Assembly (NCBI GenBank): GCA_020636325.1
Contig: JACJYC010000009.1
Span: 175,926-239,925, forward strand
Length of the DNA stretch: 64,000 bases
Origin: Lewinellaceae bacterium
Lineage (GTDB): Bacteria; Bacteroidota; Bacteroidia; Chitinophagales; Saprospiraceae
Direction of reading: 5' to 3'
Part shown: positions 17,427 to 27,532 of the stretch, piece by piece
Layout of the letters: each line of letters opens with the position of its first letter
How positions within the stretch are numbered: position 1 is the first letter of the stretch
Made by a program: the position numbers and the translations under genes
The notes under the pieces: model-generated
Databases searched by the model: none
The model's input: only the letters and a program-made list of their open reading frames with translations
Told to the model about the DNA's origin: nothing

Positions 17427-20045
17427 TCAATTCATCATATCGCTGCCCTGGCTGGAGGTAGACATGTTCTTGCGTTTGAACAAGGTGGCGTCCATTTTGC
17501 CGAAGCGGTACGAGAAGTTCAGGCGAACCGTTTGGGGGTCGCGTACCCGCCAGGTATCCTGGATGAAGATATCGGATGCGGTGTATGTGCCTGAACGACG
17601 GGTGCGGAAGATATCCTGGATGTTGAGCGTCAGGGAGGCTTTGCGGTTGAAGAGGTCTTTCTTCAGCGCGGCATCCACAAACCAGTTGTCCAGCGTATAG
17701 CCTTGCGCCGTATTGGTGGGGCCGCCGTGCCATTGGAAACGGTCGCTCGAAACCGGCGTAAACCCGGCCCGGCTGCGGTACTCACCCGAGAGCTGGAGGC
17801 TGAAGGAAGCCGGCAGTTTGATCTGGATATTTTCCTTGACAAACCAGCTGACGCGTTCGTTGACCAGTCCGTTCTCTACGTTGGAGGCATCCACCTTGGA
17901 ATTGTAGAGGTTGAAGTTGGTGGTCAGGTCGACCTTGTCGGCGATGTTGTTTTTCAGGGTGACTTCCGCGCCGTAGGCGATGCTGTTCTGTGAGTTGGTA
18001 TAGCTGGCAACGACCACCGTCCGGTCCAGATCCGGGTTGTATTCCGTAAACTGGTAGCGGGTGATGAGATCGGTTGCCTGTTTGTAGTAAACGGATACCA
18101 GCAGGTTGTGGCCTTTGGCGAAAATATTCTGATAGGACAGTTCGAACGAGTTGGTGAACTCAGGTCTCAGGTCCGGGTTGCCGCGTTGCAGGTTCAGCGA
18201 ATCCGAAAAATCGGTGAACGGCATCAGCTGGAAGAAATTCGGCCGGTTGATGCGGCGGGTATAGGAGAACTGAATGTTGTCTTCGTCATTCAGTTTACGT
18301 GTAATAAATAAACTGGGGAACAGACTAAGCGGGTAGTCGTTTTTGAACTTTGAACCAGAATCCGGCAGTTCGCCTGTATATCTGCTGCTTTCGGCCCGAA
18401 GCCCCACCTGGTAGCCCCAGTTGGTGAATTGGTGGCTAAGGGAGGCGTAGGCGGCGTAAACCTGGTCGACAAACTCATAGTGATCGGCAAAGGAAGGCAG
18501 GGCTACCCATTGCTCGTCATCCGGGTTATAGATCAGGCTGGTATTGTCGTTGTTGTTGGTCCGGAAGGAGGCCCGTACGCCGGTTTCGAGTTTGATGTGC
18601 TCGGAAATGGGGTTGACGTAATCCGACTGGATGGTCATGAAATTGCCGTAGCCGTTGCCGATCTGGCGCTGGAGGCTTTCATAACCGGATTCGAGGTAGC
18701 GGGTGTTGAAGCTGCCTTCTCCTTCGAAGCGGACCTGGTTGTAGTTGAGGTCGGCGGTCCATTCGTGTCCGGATTTGGGGAAGAGGTGTTTGAACAGTAC
18801 GGAAGCGCCCATGTTGCGGAAGTTCCGGTCGTTGTTGGTGGTCCGGACGGCCTGGCTCGTCACGGTACGATCCTGGAAAATGGAATCGGTGGTAATATTG
18901 AGTTCGTCTTCCGGCGAAAAGTGGCCCCGGTTGAGGCTGCCGGCGAAGGTAATGGTATTGCGGTTGTCCATGAACCAGTCGATACCGGCGCGCACGTTGG
19001 CGAAGTAGCCGCTCATCTGGTTGTCGGAAGTTTGCAGGACGTTGGTCAGCGGCTCGCCGAAGAGGTTTTGCCGGTCGGTTCTCGACTGGGAGATCCCCCG
19101 CATGCTGTTGAGGTTGGCGCTGACAAAGGCGTTGACCTTGCCTTGCCGCGCGTTGACGTCGCCGCCGAAGTTAAAGCCGCCGCGGGAAGTAACCCCTGTG
19201 CGGACGTTGCCGTTGTAGCCGATCCGGCGGTCTTTCTTCAGTACGATATTGACGATGCCGGACTGGCCGCCGCTGGCGTCGTATTTGGCCGAAGGGTTGG
19301 TGATCACCTCGACGGATTCGATGGCGTCGGCTGCGATCTGATCCAGGGTGAGGGTAGAAGGCCGGCCGTCGATGAAGATCTGTGGCGAGCCGTTGCGCAG
19401 AGAGACGTTGCCGTCGAGGTCGACGGAGAGTGAGGGCACGTTTTTCAGGGCATCCTGGGCGGTACCGCCTGCAGCGGAGGCGTCTTTGTCCACCCGGTAA
19501 ACTTTTTTATCCAGTGCGAGCGTCGTGGTAGCGGCTTCGGCGGTTACGGTCACGGTTTCGAGTACGGCAGAAGAGAGGATGAGCTTGATATTGCCCAGGT
19601 CCTTGTCCAATTTGGAAGCCATATTCTGAAAGTCCACTTTGCCGCCCTTTCCCGGAGGCTGGAGGCCGAAGGAAACCTTTTGTTCCATGTCGGCATAACC
19701 CAGGTAGGAGATCTTCAGGGTGAATTCGCCGAAAGCGGGCAGATTCTCCAGGCTGAAGTCGCCGTTGTCTTCCGTTACCTGGCCGGTGATCAGCGTTTCT
19801 TGCATGCTTTTCGACAAGGTGTCGAATTGCATCTTGTAGAGCGCTACGGAAGCGTAGGCAACGCCTTTGTTGTTCTCGTCGACGACCTTGCCGTAAAAAT
19901 GGCCGTTGTTCATTTGTGCACCGCCGCCGGTTCTCCCCATGCCGCCCGGAGGTTGGGCGCTCAAACCAAGGGTAAGGGAAACCAGTACGGTCAGGGTCAG
20001 AAAACGAAGAGCAGGTCGGGTGATAAGGCTAAAACTCTTTTTCAT
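17427..20045 (-). CDS. TonB-dependent outer-membrane receptor with N-terminal carboxypeptidase-regulatory-like domain
   Basis: Signal peptide; CarbopepD_reg-like N-domain (HFYGKVVDENNKGVAYASVALYK); plug and 22-strand barrel; aromatic C-terminal residues. Confidence 0.8.
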   Translation of the reverse strand: MKKSFSLITRPALRFLTLTVLVSLTLGLSAQPPGGMGRTGGGAQMNNGHFYGKVVDENNKGVAYASVALYKMQFDTLSKSMQETLITGQVTEDNGDFSLENLPAFGEFTLKISYLGYADMEQKVSFGLQPPGKGGKVDFQNMASKLDKDLGNIKLILSSAVLETVTVTAEAATTTLALDKKVYRVDKDASAAGGTAQDALKNVPSLSVDLDGNVSLRNGSPQIFIDGRPSTLTLDQIAADAIESVEVITNPSAKYDASGGQSGIVNIVLKKDRRIGYNGNVRTGVTSRGGFNFGGDVNARQGKVNAFVSANLNSMRGISQSRTDRQNLFGEPLTNVLQTSDNQMSGYFANVRAGIDWFMDNRNTITFAGSLNRGHFSPEDELNITTDSIFQDRTVTSQAVRTTNNDRNFRNMGASVLFKHLFPKSGHEWTADLNYNQVRFEGEGSFNTRYLESGYESLQRQIGNGYGNFMTIQSDYVNPISEHIKLETGVRASFRTNNNDNTSLIYNPDDEQWVALPSFADHYEFVDQVYAAYASLSHQFTNWGYQVGLRAESSRYTGELPDSGSKFKNDYPLSLFPSLFITRKLNDEDNIQFSYTRRINRPNFFQLMPFTDFSDSLNLQRGNPDLRPEFTNSFELSYQNIFAKGHNLLVSVYYKQATDLITRYQFTEYNPDLDRTVVVASYTNSQNSIAYGAEVTLKNNIADKVDLTTNFNLYNSKVDASNVENGLVNERVSWFVKENIQIKLPASFSLQLSGEYRSRAGFTPVSSDRFQWHGGPTNTAQGYTLDNWFVDAALKKDLFNRKASLTLNIQDIFRTRRSGTYTASDIFIQDTWRVRDPQTVRLNFSYRFGKMDATLFKRKNMSTSSQGSDMMN

Positions 20046-20154
20046 TGCGTCAGAATGATTTATTATCCGATTTTGAATTCTGCGGCAAAGGAACGGGTAA
20101 AATCCTTATTAAATGGAGGAGAGTAGACAACCCGGGCAAATGTGGGGATGAAAA

Positions 20155-20285
20155 TCTGTTGTTTGTCGTCGGCTGTTGTGGGAGAGGGGGGGAGAGGGAG
20201 AGAGTGAGAGAGGGAGAGAGTGGGAGAGTGAGAGAGGTGGGAGAGTGAGAGAGGTGGGAGAGTGGGAGAGAGCCCGCCTTCGCCG
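20155..20285. repeat. GA-rich simple repeat (GGGAGAGWGAGAGAGGT)n
   Basis: Read directly. The complementary CTCACCCTCTC tract is at 29338-29412. Confidence 0.75.
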
Positions 20286-20385
20286 GAGGCTACGGCGGAT
20301 GAGAGGCGAGATCCCCATTCACGGTTTGCCGTATTGGTGTTGGCTCCAGGCAAGATGACAAACCGCGAATGGGGAATTTTATTTA

Positions 20386-20497
20386 ACGAGACTGTTCAAA
20401 ACAGTGTTTTCGCGCCAAGACGCAAAGACGCAAAGATCTGATTTTCAGCAAGCTGCGCATGCTAAAAATCCGGTTGACACAAAATTCTGAACGGTCC
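20386..20497. repeat. 110-bp dispersed element, copy 1. Contains palindrome ACTGTTCAAAACAGT, tandem GACGCAAAG, and TTGACACAAAAT
   Basis: About 85% identical to 30762-30866 in the same orientation. Confidence 0.7.
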
Positions 20498-20532
20498 CTA
20501 TTTAACCGCTGCCAGGTAAACTGACCCCCTCC

Positions 20533-20648
20533 TCCGCTGAAGCTACGGCCACCGGGCAACGAAGCTTTCGGCGAAGTTGCCGGGCGGAGACTGACCCCCT
20601 CCTTCGCTGAAGCTTCGGCGGGCGGAGACTGACAACTGACAACTGACA
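20533..20648. repeat. dispersed short repeats: GCTGAAGCTACGGCCACCGGGCAACGAAGCTT...GAAGTTGCCGGGCGG (1.5 copies) followed by a (TGACAAC)n run
   Basis: Matches 11617-11668; the (TGACAAC)n run matches the complement of 12739-12770. Confidence 0.65.
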
Positions 20649-20657
20649 ACTGATTAC

Positions 20658-21464
20658 TTATTTAACCATCTCCACCCGGGTATGCGGGTAAGCCACCTGG
20701 ATGCCTGCTTCGGCAAAGGCTTTCTTGATGCTGCTGTAGGAATTGAAATAAACGTCCCAATAACCTTCAGGCGTGGAATAGGGCCTGACGGCCAGCAGGA
20801 TATTATTGGCGTCGAATTTTTCGATTTCAATGGTGGGCTCATCGGGGAGCAGGCCGGATACGTTGCTGAGGGCTTTCCGGATGATCCCTTTGATCTTGTC
20901 AAAATCTTCCTCATAGGGCATAGCTACATTGAGGTCGACCCGCAATTTGCCGTGGGTGGTCAGGTTGGTCATGATGCCGCTGGTGGCGATACCGTTGGGG
21001 ATGATGACCTTTTTTCCGTCGAGGGATTCCAGGATGGTGTTGAACACCTGGATTTCACGGACATGGCCCAACTGCCCCTGCAGGCTGACCAGGTCGCCTA
21101 CGCGGTAGGGTTTGAAGATCAGGATCATGATGCCGGAGGCAAAATGCCCCAGGGTGCCGGAAAACGCCGCGCCGATGGCGAGACCGGCGCCTGCAATCAG
21201 GGCGGCAAACGCGGTGATCTCAATGCCGACGATGCTGGCGGCGGAGAGGACAACCAGTACCTTCAGCACAACGGCAACAAGCGATCTGAGGAAGGGAACC
21301 ACGTCTTTGTCCAATCCGGACCTGCTCATAGCCTTGCCGGCCATTTTGGAGATTCCTGAGGCGATCCAGAAACCGAGGAGCAGGACGAGTAACCCGGAAA
21401 CGAGTTTCGGGGACCAGAGCAACAGGCTGTTAACAAGGTCTTTGATGCTTTCTGAAAGATCCAT
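20658..21464 (-). CDS. mechanosensitive ion channel family protein (MscS-type)
   Basis: 3 TM helices then the conserved MscS beta-domain (IFKPYRVGDLVSLQGQLGHVREIQVFNTILESLDGKKVIIPNG). Confidence 0.85.
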   Translation of the reverse strand: MDLSESIKDLVNSLLLWSPKLVSGLLVLLLGFWIASGISKMAGKAMSRSGLDKDVVPFLRSLVAVVLKVLVVLSAASIVGIEITAFAALIAGAGLAIGAAFSGTLGHFASGIMILIFKPYRVGDLVSLQGQLGHVREIQVFNTILESLDGKKVIIPNGIATSGIMTNLTTHGKLRVDLNVAMPYEEDFDKIKGIIRKALSNVSGLLPDEPTIEIEKFDANNILLAVRPYSTPEGYWDVYFNSYSSIKKAFAEAGIQVAYPHTRVEMVK

Positions 21465-21684
21465 TTTGAAGTGATTTTTGGTTTATAAGTGAATGGTATT
21501 TTGACTCCATCAAAGTTAACAAGTCACTGGATTGTCTCAGCAAAAAAGACCCGCGGCTGAAAAAAAGTATTATCAGGACTGCACGCGCTCAAAGCGACTG
21601 CGCCCGACCGGTATCCGGACAGGCGCAGCATAAGATCAATGAAAGGTTATTCGGGTATGGTAGTCTGGTTTGAAGGAGCGCGGT

Positions 21685-23808
21685 TTACCGTTTGATCACC
21701 AGCTTGCCGTTATCCAGTACTTTGTCACCGTCCAGTATGCGATAAAAGTATACACCGGCATTCAAATGACGGCGTTGAAAAAGGATGGTATTTCCGGTAA
21801 AGGACGCGGCATATACGGTCCGCCCCTGCTGGTCGTACAGGAAAAATACGCCGCTCCCGGCATCGTGCCCGTCCCAGCTCAATGTAGCCGAATCAGTGAC
21901 GGGATTGGGGGCAATGCGAAGATTGAAGGGCGCTTCTTCAACCGGTGCGAGGCTGGTGACCTGAAACAGATCTTCGCCGACTGTATGCCAGACGGTATTG
22001 GTCGTGATCGGTTCATTGAAATCAAAAAAGATATCGGCCATATTGCTGATATGGGTTCCATCCGGATTGCCGGGGTGTTGTGCCACCTTGAATTTGACAA
22101 ATCCATGGGACGCCGGTTCATTGATGTTGCTGTCCGGCAACATAATGTTCTCAAAGTAAAAACGGATCTTGCCGGCTTCCGACAGCTCCGTCCGGAATGG
22201 ATGGCTGCCGGCGCCGGCACGGAATGTAGACGGGTCGAGCCATTCGCTGAGCTGATCCTCAATCACGACATTGAACGCCGTATCGGTACCGGTATTCTGG
22301 AATCGGATCATGTATTCAATGTCCTCACCGGCGCTGATCAGGTGGTCTTCGCCCCGGCCGCTTGGAAAAGCCTGCTTGTCATTGGGGTCATACGAGCCGA
22401 TCACTTCCTGACAGTCAATGGATATGTTCGGATCGGCATCATCCATGGAAAACTGGTTGACAATCCCGGCTGTAAGCCCGCCGCAACCCTCCACAAAGGC
22501 AATGGGCGCACTCTGCCCCGGATGCCCCTGCGCCTGGTTCAGGAGAAAATGCCAGGTTGCGCCGTTGGCCGGATATTCGAAATCCTGGTGAGCGCCCGCT
22601 GCCAGTTCATCCAGGCTGCCTTGCATGAACATGACCACGTCCTCTACCACCAGATAAGGGGAAGGGGCGTCCAGGTCTCCGGTACCGATATTGGTCACCC
22701 TGAACCGGACTGTTCCGCCTGTTTCATCACAGTCGCCGGTCACCTGGAGGCTGGCGCCCGACCAGCCGGACCCGGGTACTTCGCAATCGAAAGGGGTTAT
22801 TTCGGCGCTGGCGCAAACGCTCTCGCCGAGTTGGAGGTCGCAGGCCGCCAGGACCGTTACCGTAAATGATCCGCACTGCCCTGCCGGGATCGGGCTGAGC
22901 GGAAAAATATAGTTGCCCCCTCCCTGATCCTGATAGGCGGCCGAAGCGCCCGTGACGGATAGCCCCTGGTCGAAATGGAGCAGGATTTGGGCTTCGGCTG
23001 TCTTGAAGGAAGAATAATTGCAGTAATTCACATAATAGGTGTTCGGGAAACAACGCCGTATCCTTGGAGTGCTCAGGTCGACGGTCAGAAAGGAGCAATC
23101 CCGCAGTTTTGCCGCAAAATTGACTTCGTTCAAACCGTCCGGCTGATTGCTTACGGTGTAGGTGGTGCTGCATCCGGAGCTGATTCCTGAAGGCAATAGA
23201 AGCGAAACTTCGAAATCAGCTGCCGTGCCCACCTCTGCATCCGGTATCAATACGGTATAAAATCCGTTTGCCCCGGATACGGTTTCCCGGACCGAACCTG
23301 AATTGAGGTTCCGGACCCGGACTGTCCAACCTTCCGGGCCGCCGGATTCTTCTCCCGCATCCAACGTGCAATTTTGATCGGCATCAATAAATACCTGACC
23401 GGATACGACCGACGGCAATTTGTCTCCGACCTGGATGGTATTCCAGCAATAATTCCAGTTACCGGATTCATCGCCGACCCACATGACCACGGCATATTCT
23501 CCCGGGACAGGCGGGATGGTTATGCTGGTCGTGCCGGGTGGGGTACCGGTAAAATCGGCCTGGAATTCGATCCGGAAGTCCATGTCTTCCAGGGTCGAAC
23601 AGTTGTCAAACGAACCATCGTCAATGTCCTTCGGGTACAAGACGGCTCCGTTGACGGGATGGACAAGGACGGTAAATTCAGCGTCACAAACCGCAACAGG
23701 TAATATGGTGTCGCTGTCGCAGCCCGGTTGGGCCCGCACCATGGAAGCGATCAAAATAAAAGCGGCGGCTATGGTCAGGTGTTTGTGAAAATGTAAGATC
23801 CGATTCAT
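21685..23808 (-). CDS. secreted protein with T9SS (Por) C-terminal sorting domain, function unknown
   Basis: Signal peptide MNRILHFHKHLTIAAAFILIASMVRAQ; C-terminal ~80 aa (NPVTDSATLSW...GVYFYRILDGDKVLDNGKLVIKR) typical of the type A CTD. Confidence 0.65.
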   Translation of the reverse strand: MNRILHFHKHLTIAAAFILIASMVRAQPGCDSDTILPVAVCDAEFTVLVHPVNGAVLYPKDIDDGSFDNCSTLEDMDFRIEFQADFTGTPPGTTSITIPPVPGEYAVVMWVGDESGNWNYCWNTIQVGDKLPSVVSGQVFIDADQNCTLDAGEESGGPEGWTVRVRNLNSGSVRETVSGANGFYTVLIPDAEVGTAADFEVSLLLPSGISSGCSTTYTVSNQPDGLNEVNFAAKLRDCSFLTVDLSTPRIRRCFPNTYYVNYCNYSSFKTAEAQILLHFDQGLSVTGASAAYQDQGGGNYIFPLSPIPAGQCGSFTVTVLAACDLQLGESVCASAEITPFDCEVPGSGWSGASLQVTGDCDETGGTVRFRVTNIGTGDLDAPSPYLVVEDVVMFMQGSLDELAAGAHQDFEYPANGATWHFLLNQAQGHPGQSAPIAFVEGCGGLTAGIVNQFSMDDADPNISIDCQEVIGSYDPNDKQAFPSGRGEDHLISAGEDIEYMIRFQNTGTDTAFNVVIEDQLSEWLDPSTFRAGAGSHPFRTELSEAGKIRFYFENIMLPDSNINEPASHGFVKFKVAQHPGNPDGTHISNMADIFFDFNEPITTNTVWHTVGEDLFQVTSLAPVEEAPFNLRIAPNPVTDSATLSWDGHDAGSGVFFLYDQQGRTVYAASFTGNTILFQRRHLNAGVYFYRILDGDKVLDNGKLVIKR

Positions 23809-24007
23809 ATTCCTTACTGTTATGAGATTAATAATTGCCTTGTATTCGAACACGCTACAAAAATGAGGCGAGGGATGCGGGTTTACAAAAACAAAAATGT
23901 TATTTTGTAGAGTAAAAAAATGATGACTTTATGTATAAATAACTTTAAAATAGCATCCTGTAAATTCACTTATTGATAAAGAGATTGAATTCTTAATCAA
24001 ATAGCCG

Positions 24008-25414
24008 ATGGAAACGCTCGAAGATACCCGATTGTGGCAGACCCTGGCCGCCCTTTCTGCCCGGGAATTGAACGCATTCAGGAAATTCCTGGACTCACCG
24101 TATTTCAACCAGCGGACGGATGTCATCGGTTTGCTGGAATCCGTTATGCGGCATATGCGGTCAAAAAAAAGGGTAACCCACAAGGGATTTTGGGAATCGG
24201 TTCATCCGGGGAAACCCTATGATAACCAACAATTGCGGCTGCTGATGAGCTACCTGCATAAGCTGGTCGGGCAGTTTCTGGCGGTAGAATCCCTGATGGC
24301 AAATGAAGCCGACTGCAGGCGAAGGGTGGTTGAGACATGGGGCAGAAAAGGGCAAACGGCCATTCAGGCCCGGTCGATGGAAGAAGCTTTCCGGTACCTG
24401 GAACGGTCGCCCGTACGCAACGCTGATTATTATTTTGAAACTTATCTGCTGCACCAGGAGCAATACCGGCAGGCATCGAGACAACGACCGGAAAAAGGCG
24501 CAGGCTCCCAATTGGTCGACCAATCCATCAATATTGCCTTTGCAGCCATGAAACTTCGTCAAACCTGCCTTTTGCTGGCGCACGGCCAGGTTTATGATTG
24601 GGGATTTGTTCCGTCGATGCTCGAACCGATCGACGATTTCATACAAGTCAACAACCTGCTTGACGAACCCTGCATCGGGATTTACTGGCACGGCATCCGG
24701 ATGCTGCGTCACCCGGACGAAGAACGTTACTTTCAGGCTTTCAAGGCGCTGCTGCTGGCCTACGGCGGGGTTTTCCCACCGGGTGAGGTGCAGGACCTAT
24801 ACCTGTTGGCCATCAATTACGGTGTCCGCAGGGTGAATGACGGCCAGCTATCTTATTTCCACGATATCATGGATTTTTACCGGGACGGCCTTAAGCATGA
24901 ATACCTCCTCCAGGACGGGCAACTGTCCCGGTTCACCTACCACAATATCGTATCGGTAGCCCTGCAGATCGACCAGGCGGACTGGGCGGAGGTTTTTATT
25001 CAGGAATGGACCTCCCGCATTGACCGCCGGTTCCGGGAACGGATGGAAAGCTTCAACCGGGCCAAGATTGCGTACTATCGCCGCCGTTATGATGAGGCTG
25101 TTTCGCTCCTGCAGCGATCAAATTACCATGACCCCTTGCTCAACCTGGGCGCAAGGACCCTGCTGTTGAAAATCTACTTCGAGCTGGAGGAATTTGACGC
25201 CCTGCAAAGCCATCTGGACGCCTTCCAGAACTACCTGCTTCGCAAACCCGAACTGGGTTACCATCGCGCCAATTACCGGCACCTGATCCGGTATACCCGA
25301 AAATTGCTGGCTCTCCGGCCAAATGATGCGGCCGCCCGTCAATCGATGCGACAACACATTGAAGGTGAAAAGATCCTGACGGAAAAGGAATGGCTGCTGA
25401 AGTGCCTGGAATGA
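24008..25414 (+). CDS. hypothetical all-helical cytoplasmic protein
   Basis: 468-aa ORF with no recognisable motif; coding-like composition. Confidence 0.45.
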   Translation: METLEDTRLWQTLAALSARELNAFRKFLDSPYFNQRTDVIGLLESVMRHMRSKKRVTHKGFWESVHPGKPYDNQQLRLLMSYLHKLVGQFLAVESLMANEADCRRRVVETWGRKGQTAIQARSMEEAFRYLERSPVRNADYYFETYLLHQEQYRQASRQRPEKGAGSQLVDQSINIAFAAMKLRQTCLLLAHGQVYDWGFVPSMLEPIDDFIQVNNLLDEPCIGIYWHGIRMLRHPDEERYFQAFKALLLAYGGVFPPGEVQDLYLLAINYGVRRVNDGQLSYFHDIMDFYRDGLKHEYLLQDGQLSRFTYHNIVSVALQIDQADWAEVFIQEWTSRIDRRFRERMESFNRAKIAYYRRRYDEAVSLLQRSNYHDPLLNLGARTLLLKIYFELEEFDALQSHLDAFQNYLLRKPELGYHRANYRHLIRYTRKLLALRPNDAAARQSMRQHIEGEKILTEKEWLLKCLE

Positions 25415-25430
25415 TCGATCCTGCGGCGGA

Positions 25431-26156
25431 TCAGGAAGAAGCCGCCGACACCTGCGAAACCGGTTTTTCCCGAACGATAATGGAAAAATAAGGGAATTGG
25501 TCCACCACGTAGGTCAGCAATGCATAGATGAACAGGTCGATTCCGAGCATTTCGAGCAATTCCTCGCAGGTGTACAGTAAGCAATAGACGGCGTTCTCCT
25601 CTCCGTGCTTTTCGATGTACCAGCCGCCAACGGATTCGAAGCCTATGGCGCCGGTCACATAGATCGTTCCGGCAGCGATGAAGAGCCACATGACCTTTCG
25701 CGGAAGGCTCAGTAAAAAGCGGAGGTACAAAAAAGAGAAAACGATGAACAGCAGCCCGTATGGGATGATCCAGGCAAAATACAGGAATCCGGAGGTATGG
25801 AAATACCGGGCGGTTATGCCGATCAGGTGCTCGTGGATCTCGACAAATTCGTCGACCGACAGGAATAGGAAAATAAAGGACAAGCCGTACCAATAGCGGG
25901 GGCTATCACCTGTTTTCCGCTTGGAAAGCCCCACCAGGAAAAGGATCAGGGCCGAACTGAAGAGGAGGAGAACAGAGTAAAGGGTAGGTATCCCTTTCTC
26001 GTTGTTGAAATCGAAGAATTTCCGGATCAGCTCCCACCGGCCGTCGCCGCCGGTTTCAAGCCGGATAGTGTCCACAGTGATATTTGCGATCAGTAAAAAC
26101 AGCGTTATCACTAGAAGCGTCAGCAACGCTTTCCACGGTATTATCTTGAAAGTCAT
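25431..26156 (-). CDS. hypothetical polytopic membrane protein
   Basis: 241 aa, about 7 hydrophobic helices. Confidence 0.5.
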   Translation of the reverse strand: MTFKIIPWKALLTLLVITLFLLIANITVDTIRLETGGDGRWELIRKFFDFNNEKGIPTLYSVLLLFSSALILFLVGLSKRKTGDSPRYWYGLSFIFLFLSVDEFVEIHEHLIGITARYFHTSGFLYFAWIIPYGLLFIVFSFLYLRFLLSLPRKVMWLFIAAGTIYVTGAIGFESVGGWYIEKHGEENAVYCLLYTCEELLEMLGIDLFIYALLTYVVDQFPYFSIIVREKPVSQVSAASS

Positions 26157-26327
26157 CTCGGTTTATTTCCCTGCAATGGGAGCAATATCGGTCAAATAAT
26201 AAATATTACAAAATTATTTATCTGATAATTTAAATTGTGATTGATGGAAGCCTTTATTTTTCAATTGTTTCAAAGAAAAAAAATATCTTTACGCAAGCAC
26301 GCAGGATAGTGAAAAACCGATCATTTC

Positions 26328-27479
26328 ATGCAAAAGGTCACCCTTTCCCAGGCGCGTGCTTTCGCCCTTTCCCGACAATTGCTTTCCGGAAATGACCTGC
26401 CTTCAGATCATTTGGGCGCCCATCAGGTCATCGAACGACTCGGATATGTTCAGATCGATACCATCTCCGTGGTCGAAAGGGCGCATCATCATGTATTCTG
26501 GAGCCGTCTGCCGGGATACCGGCCCGACCACCTGCGCATACTCGAAGAACAGGAGCGCAGGGTGTTCGAATATTGGGCTCACGCCGCCTCCTACCTGCCC
26601 ATGCGCGATTACCGGTACAGCCTCGTGAAAAAGAACCGGATCGCGGCCGGTGAAAAATTCTGGAGCTATGAGAAGGACCCCGAGTCGATGCAATTCATCC
26701 TCGACCGGATCCGGGCGGAAGGCCCGCTCATGTCCCGCGATTTCGAGAAGGACCAGGAACGGCAACCCCGCGAAATGTGGATGCAGCACCCCGTTAACCA
26801 GGCCCTCCGCGAGTTGTTCATGTCGGGGCGGTTGATGACGACCCATCGCCGCGGCTTTCAGAAGGTACTGGACCTGCCGGAGCGCATCCTGCCGGAAGAA
26901 ACCGATCAGACACCCCCGACCGAGGAGGAGTACCTCGCCCACCTCATCGACCGTGACCTCGCCGCCCACGGATTGATGAAAGACCGCGAGATCGGCTACC
27001 TGCTCCGGATCGACCGAAAAAAACTCCGCAACCTGATCCGGCGCCAGGTCAAATCAGGGGAACTGACTGAAATAACGGTTGAAACCCTGGAAAAGGATCC
27101 CTACTACGCCCGCACCGAATTACTGGAAAATTTCCTGACCCAAAACCGCCCGCAACCGGACCTGTTCCATATCCTGTCCCCTTTCGACAACCTCCTCATC
27201 CAGCGCAAGCGGACCGAAGAACTGTTCGGCTTCAATTATACCCTGGAATGCTACGTACCGGCCGGTAAGCGGATCAACGGCTATTTTTGCCTGCCGATGC
27301 TGTACGGCGACCGGTTCGTGGGCCAGATAGACCTGAAAGCAGACCGGAAAACGGGCAAACTGCTGGTGCGCAACCTGGTATGGGAACCGGGAGTGCGGCA
27401 AAAGGATATCCGGCGTCCTTTTCGGGAAAAACTCGCGGATTTCGCGGCGTTCAACGGATGCGGAGCAGTGGAAGGGTGA
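26328..27479 (+). CDS. winged-helix DNA-binding domain protein, YcaQ/AlkZ-like DNA glycosylase family
   Basis: N-terminal block ALSRQLL...HQVIERLGYVQIDTISVVERAHHHVFWSRLPGY and QxQ-containing catalytic region typical of YcaQ/AlkZ. Confidence 0.65.
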   Translation: MQKVTLSQARAFALSRQLLSGNDLPSDHLGAHQVIERLGYVQIDTISVVERAHHHVFWSRLPGYRPDHLRILEEQERRVFEYWAHAASYLPMRDYRYSLVKKNRIAAGEKFWSYEKDPESMQFILDRIRAEGPLMSRDFEKDQERQPREMWMQHPVNQALRELFMSGRLMTTHRRGFQKVLDLPERILPEETDQTPPTEEEYLAHLIDRDLAAHGLMKDREIGYLLRIDRKKLRNLIRRQVKSGELTEITVETLEKDPYYARTELLENFLTQNRPQPDLFHILSPFDNLLIQRKRTEELFGFNYTLECYVPAGKRINGYFCLPMLYGDRFVGQIDLKADRKTGKLLVRNLVWEPGVRQKDIRRPFREKLADFAAFNGCGAVEG

Positions 27480-27532
27480 AATGCAAAATGTAAAAGGGTT
27501 AATGCAAAATGTAAAAGTTGAGGGCCGGGGTA

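Noticed and set aside
18429-19433. 334-aa plus-strand ORF within the TonB-receptor gene
   Set aside because: Antisense to a well-supported barrel protein; Gly/Val/Ala/Asp-only composition
20063-20358. ORFs encoding SLSHSLPLSLSPSPP / ERGREWESERG peptides
   Set aside because: They read through the GA-rich simple repeat in both directions and give low-complexity output; they lie in the TBDR promoter region
21670-22869. 399-aa plus-strand ORF over the T9SS-protein gene
   Set aside because: Antisense shadow ORF; the minus-strand frame has a signal peptide and a Por CTD
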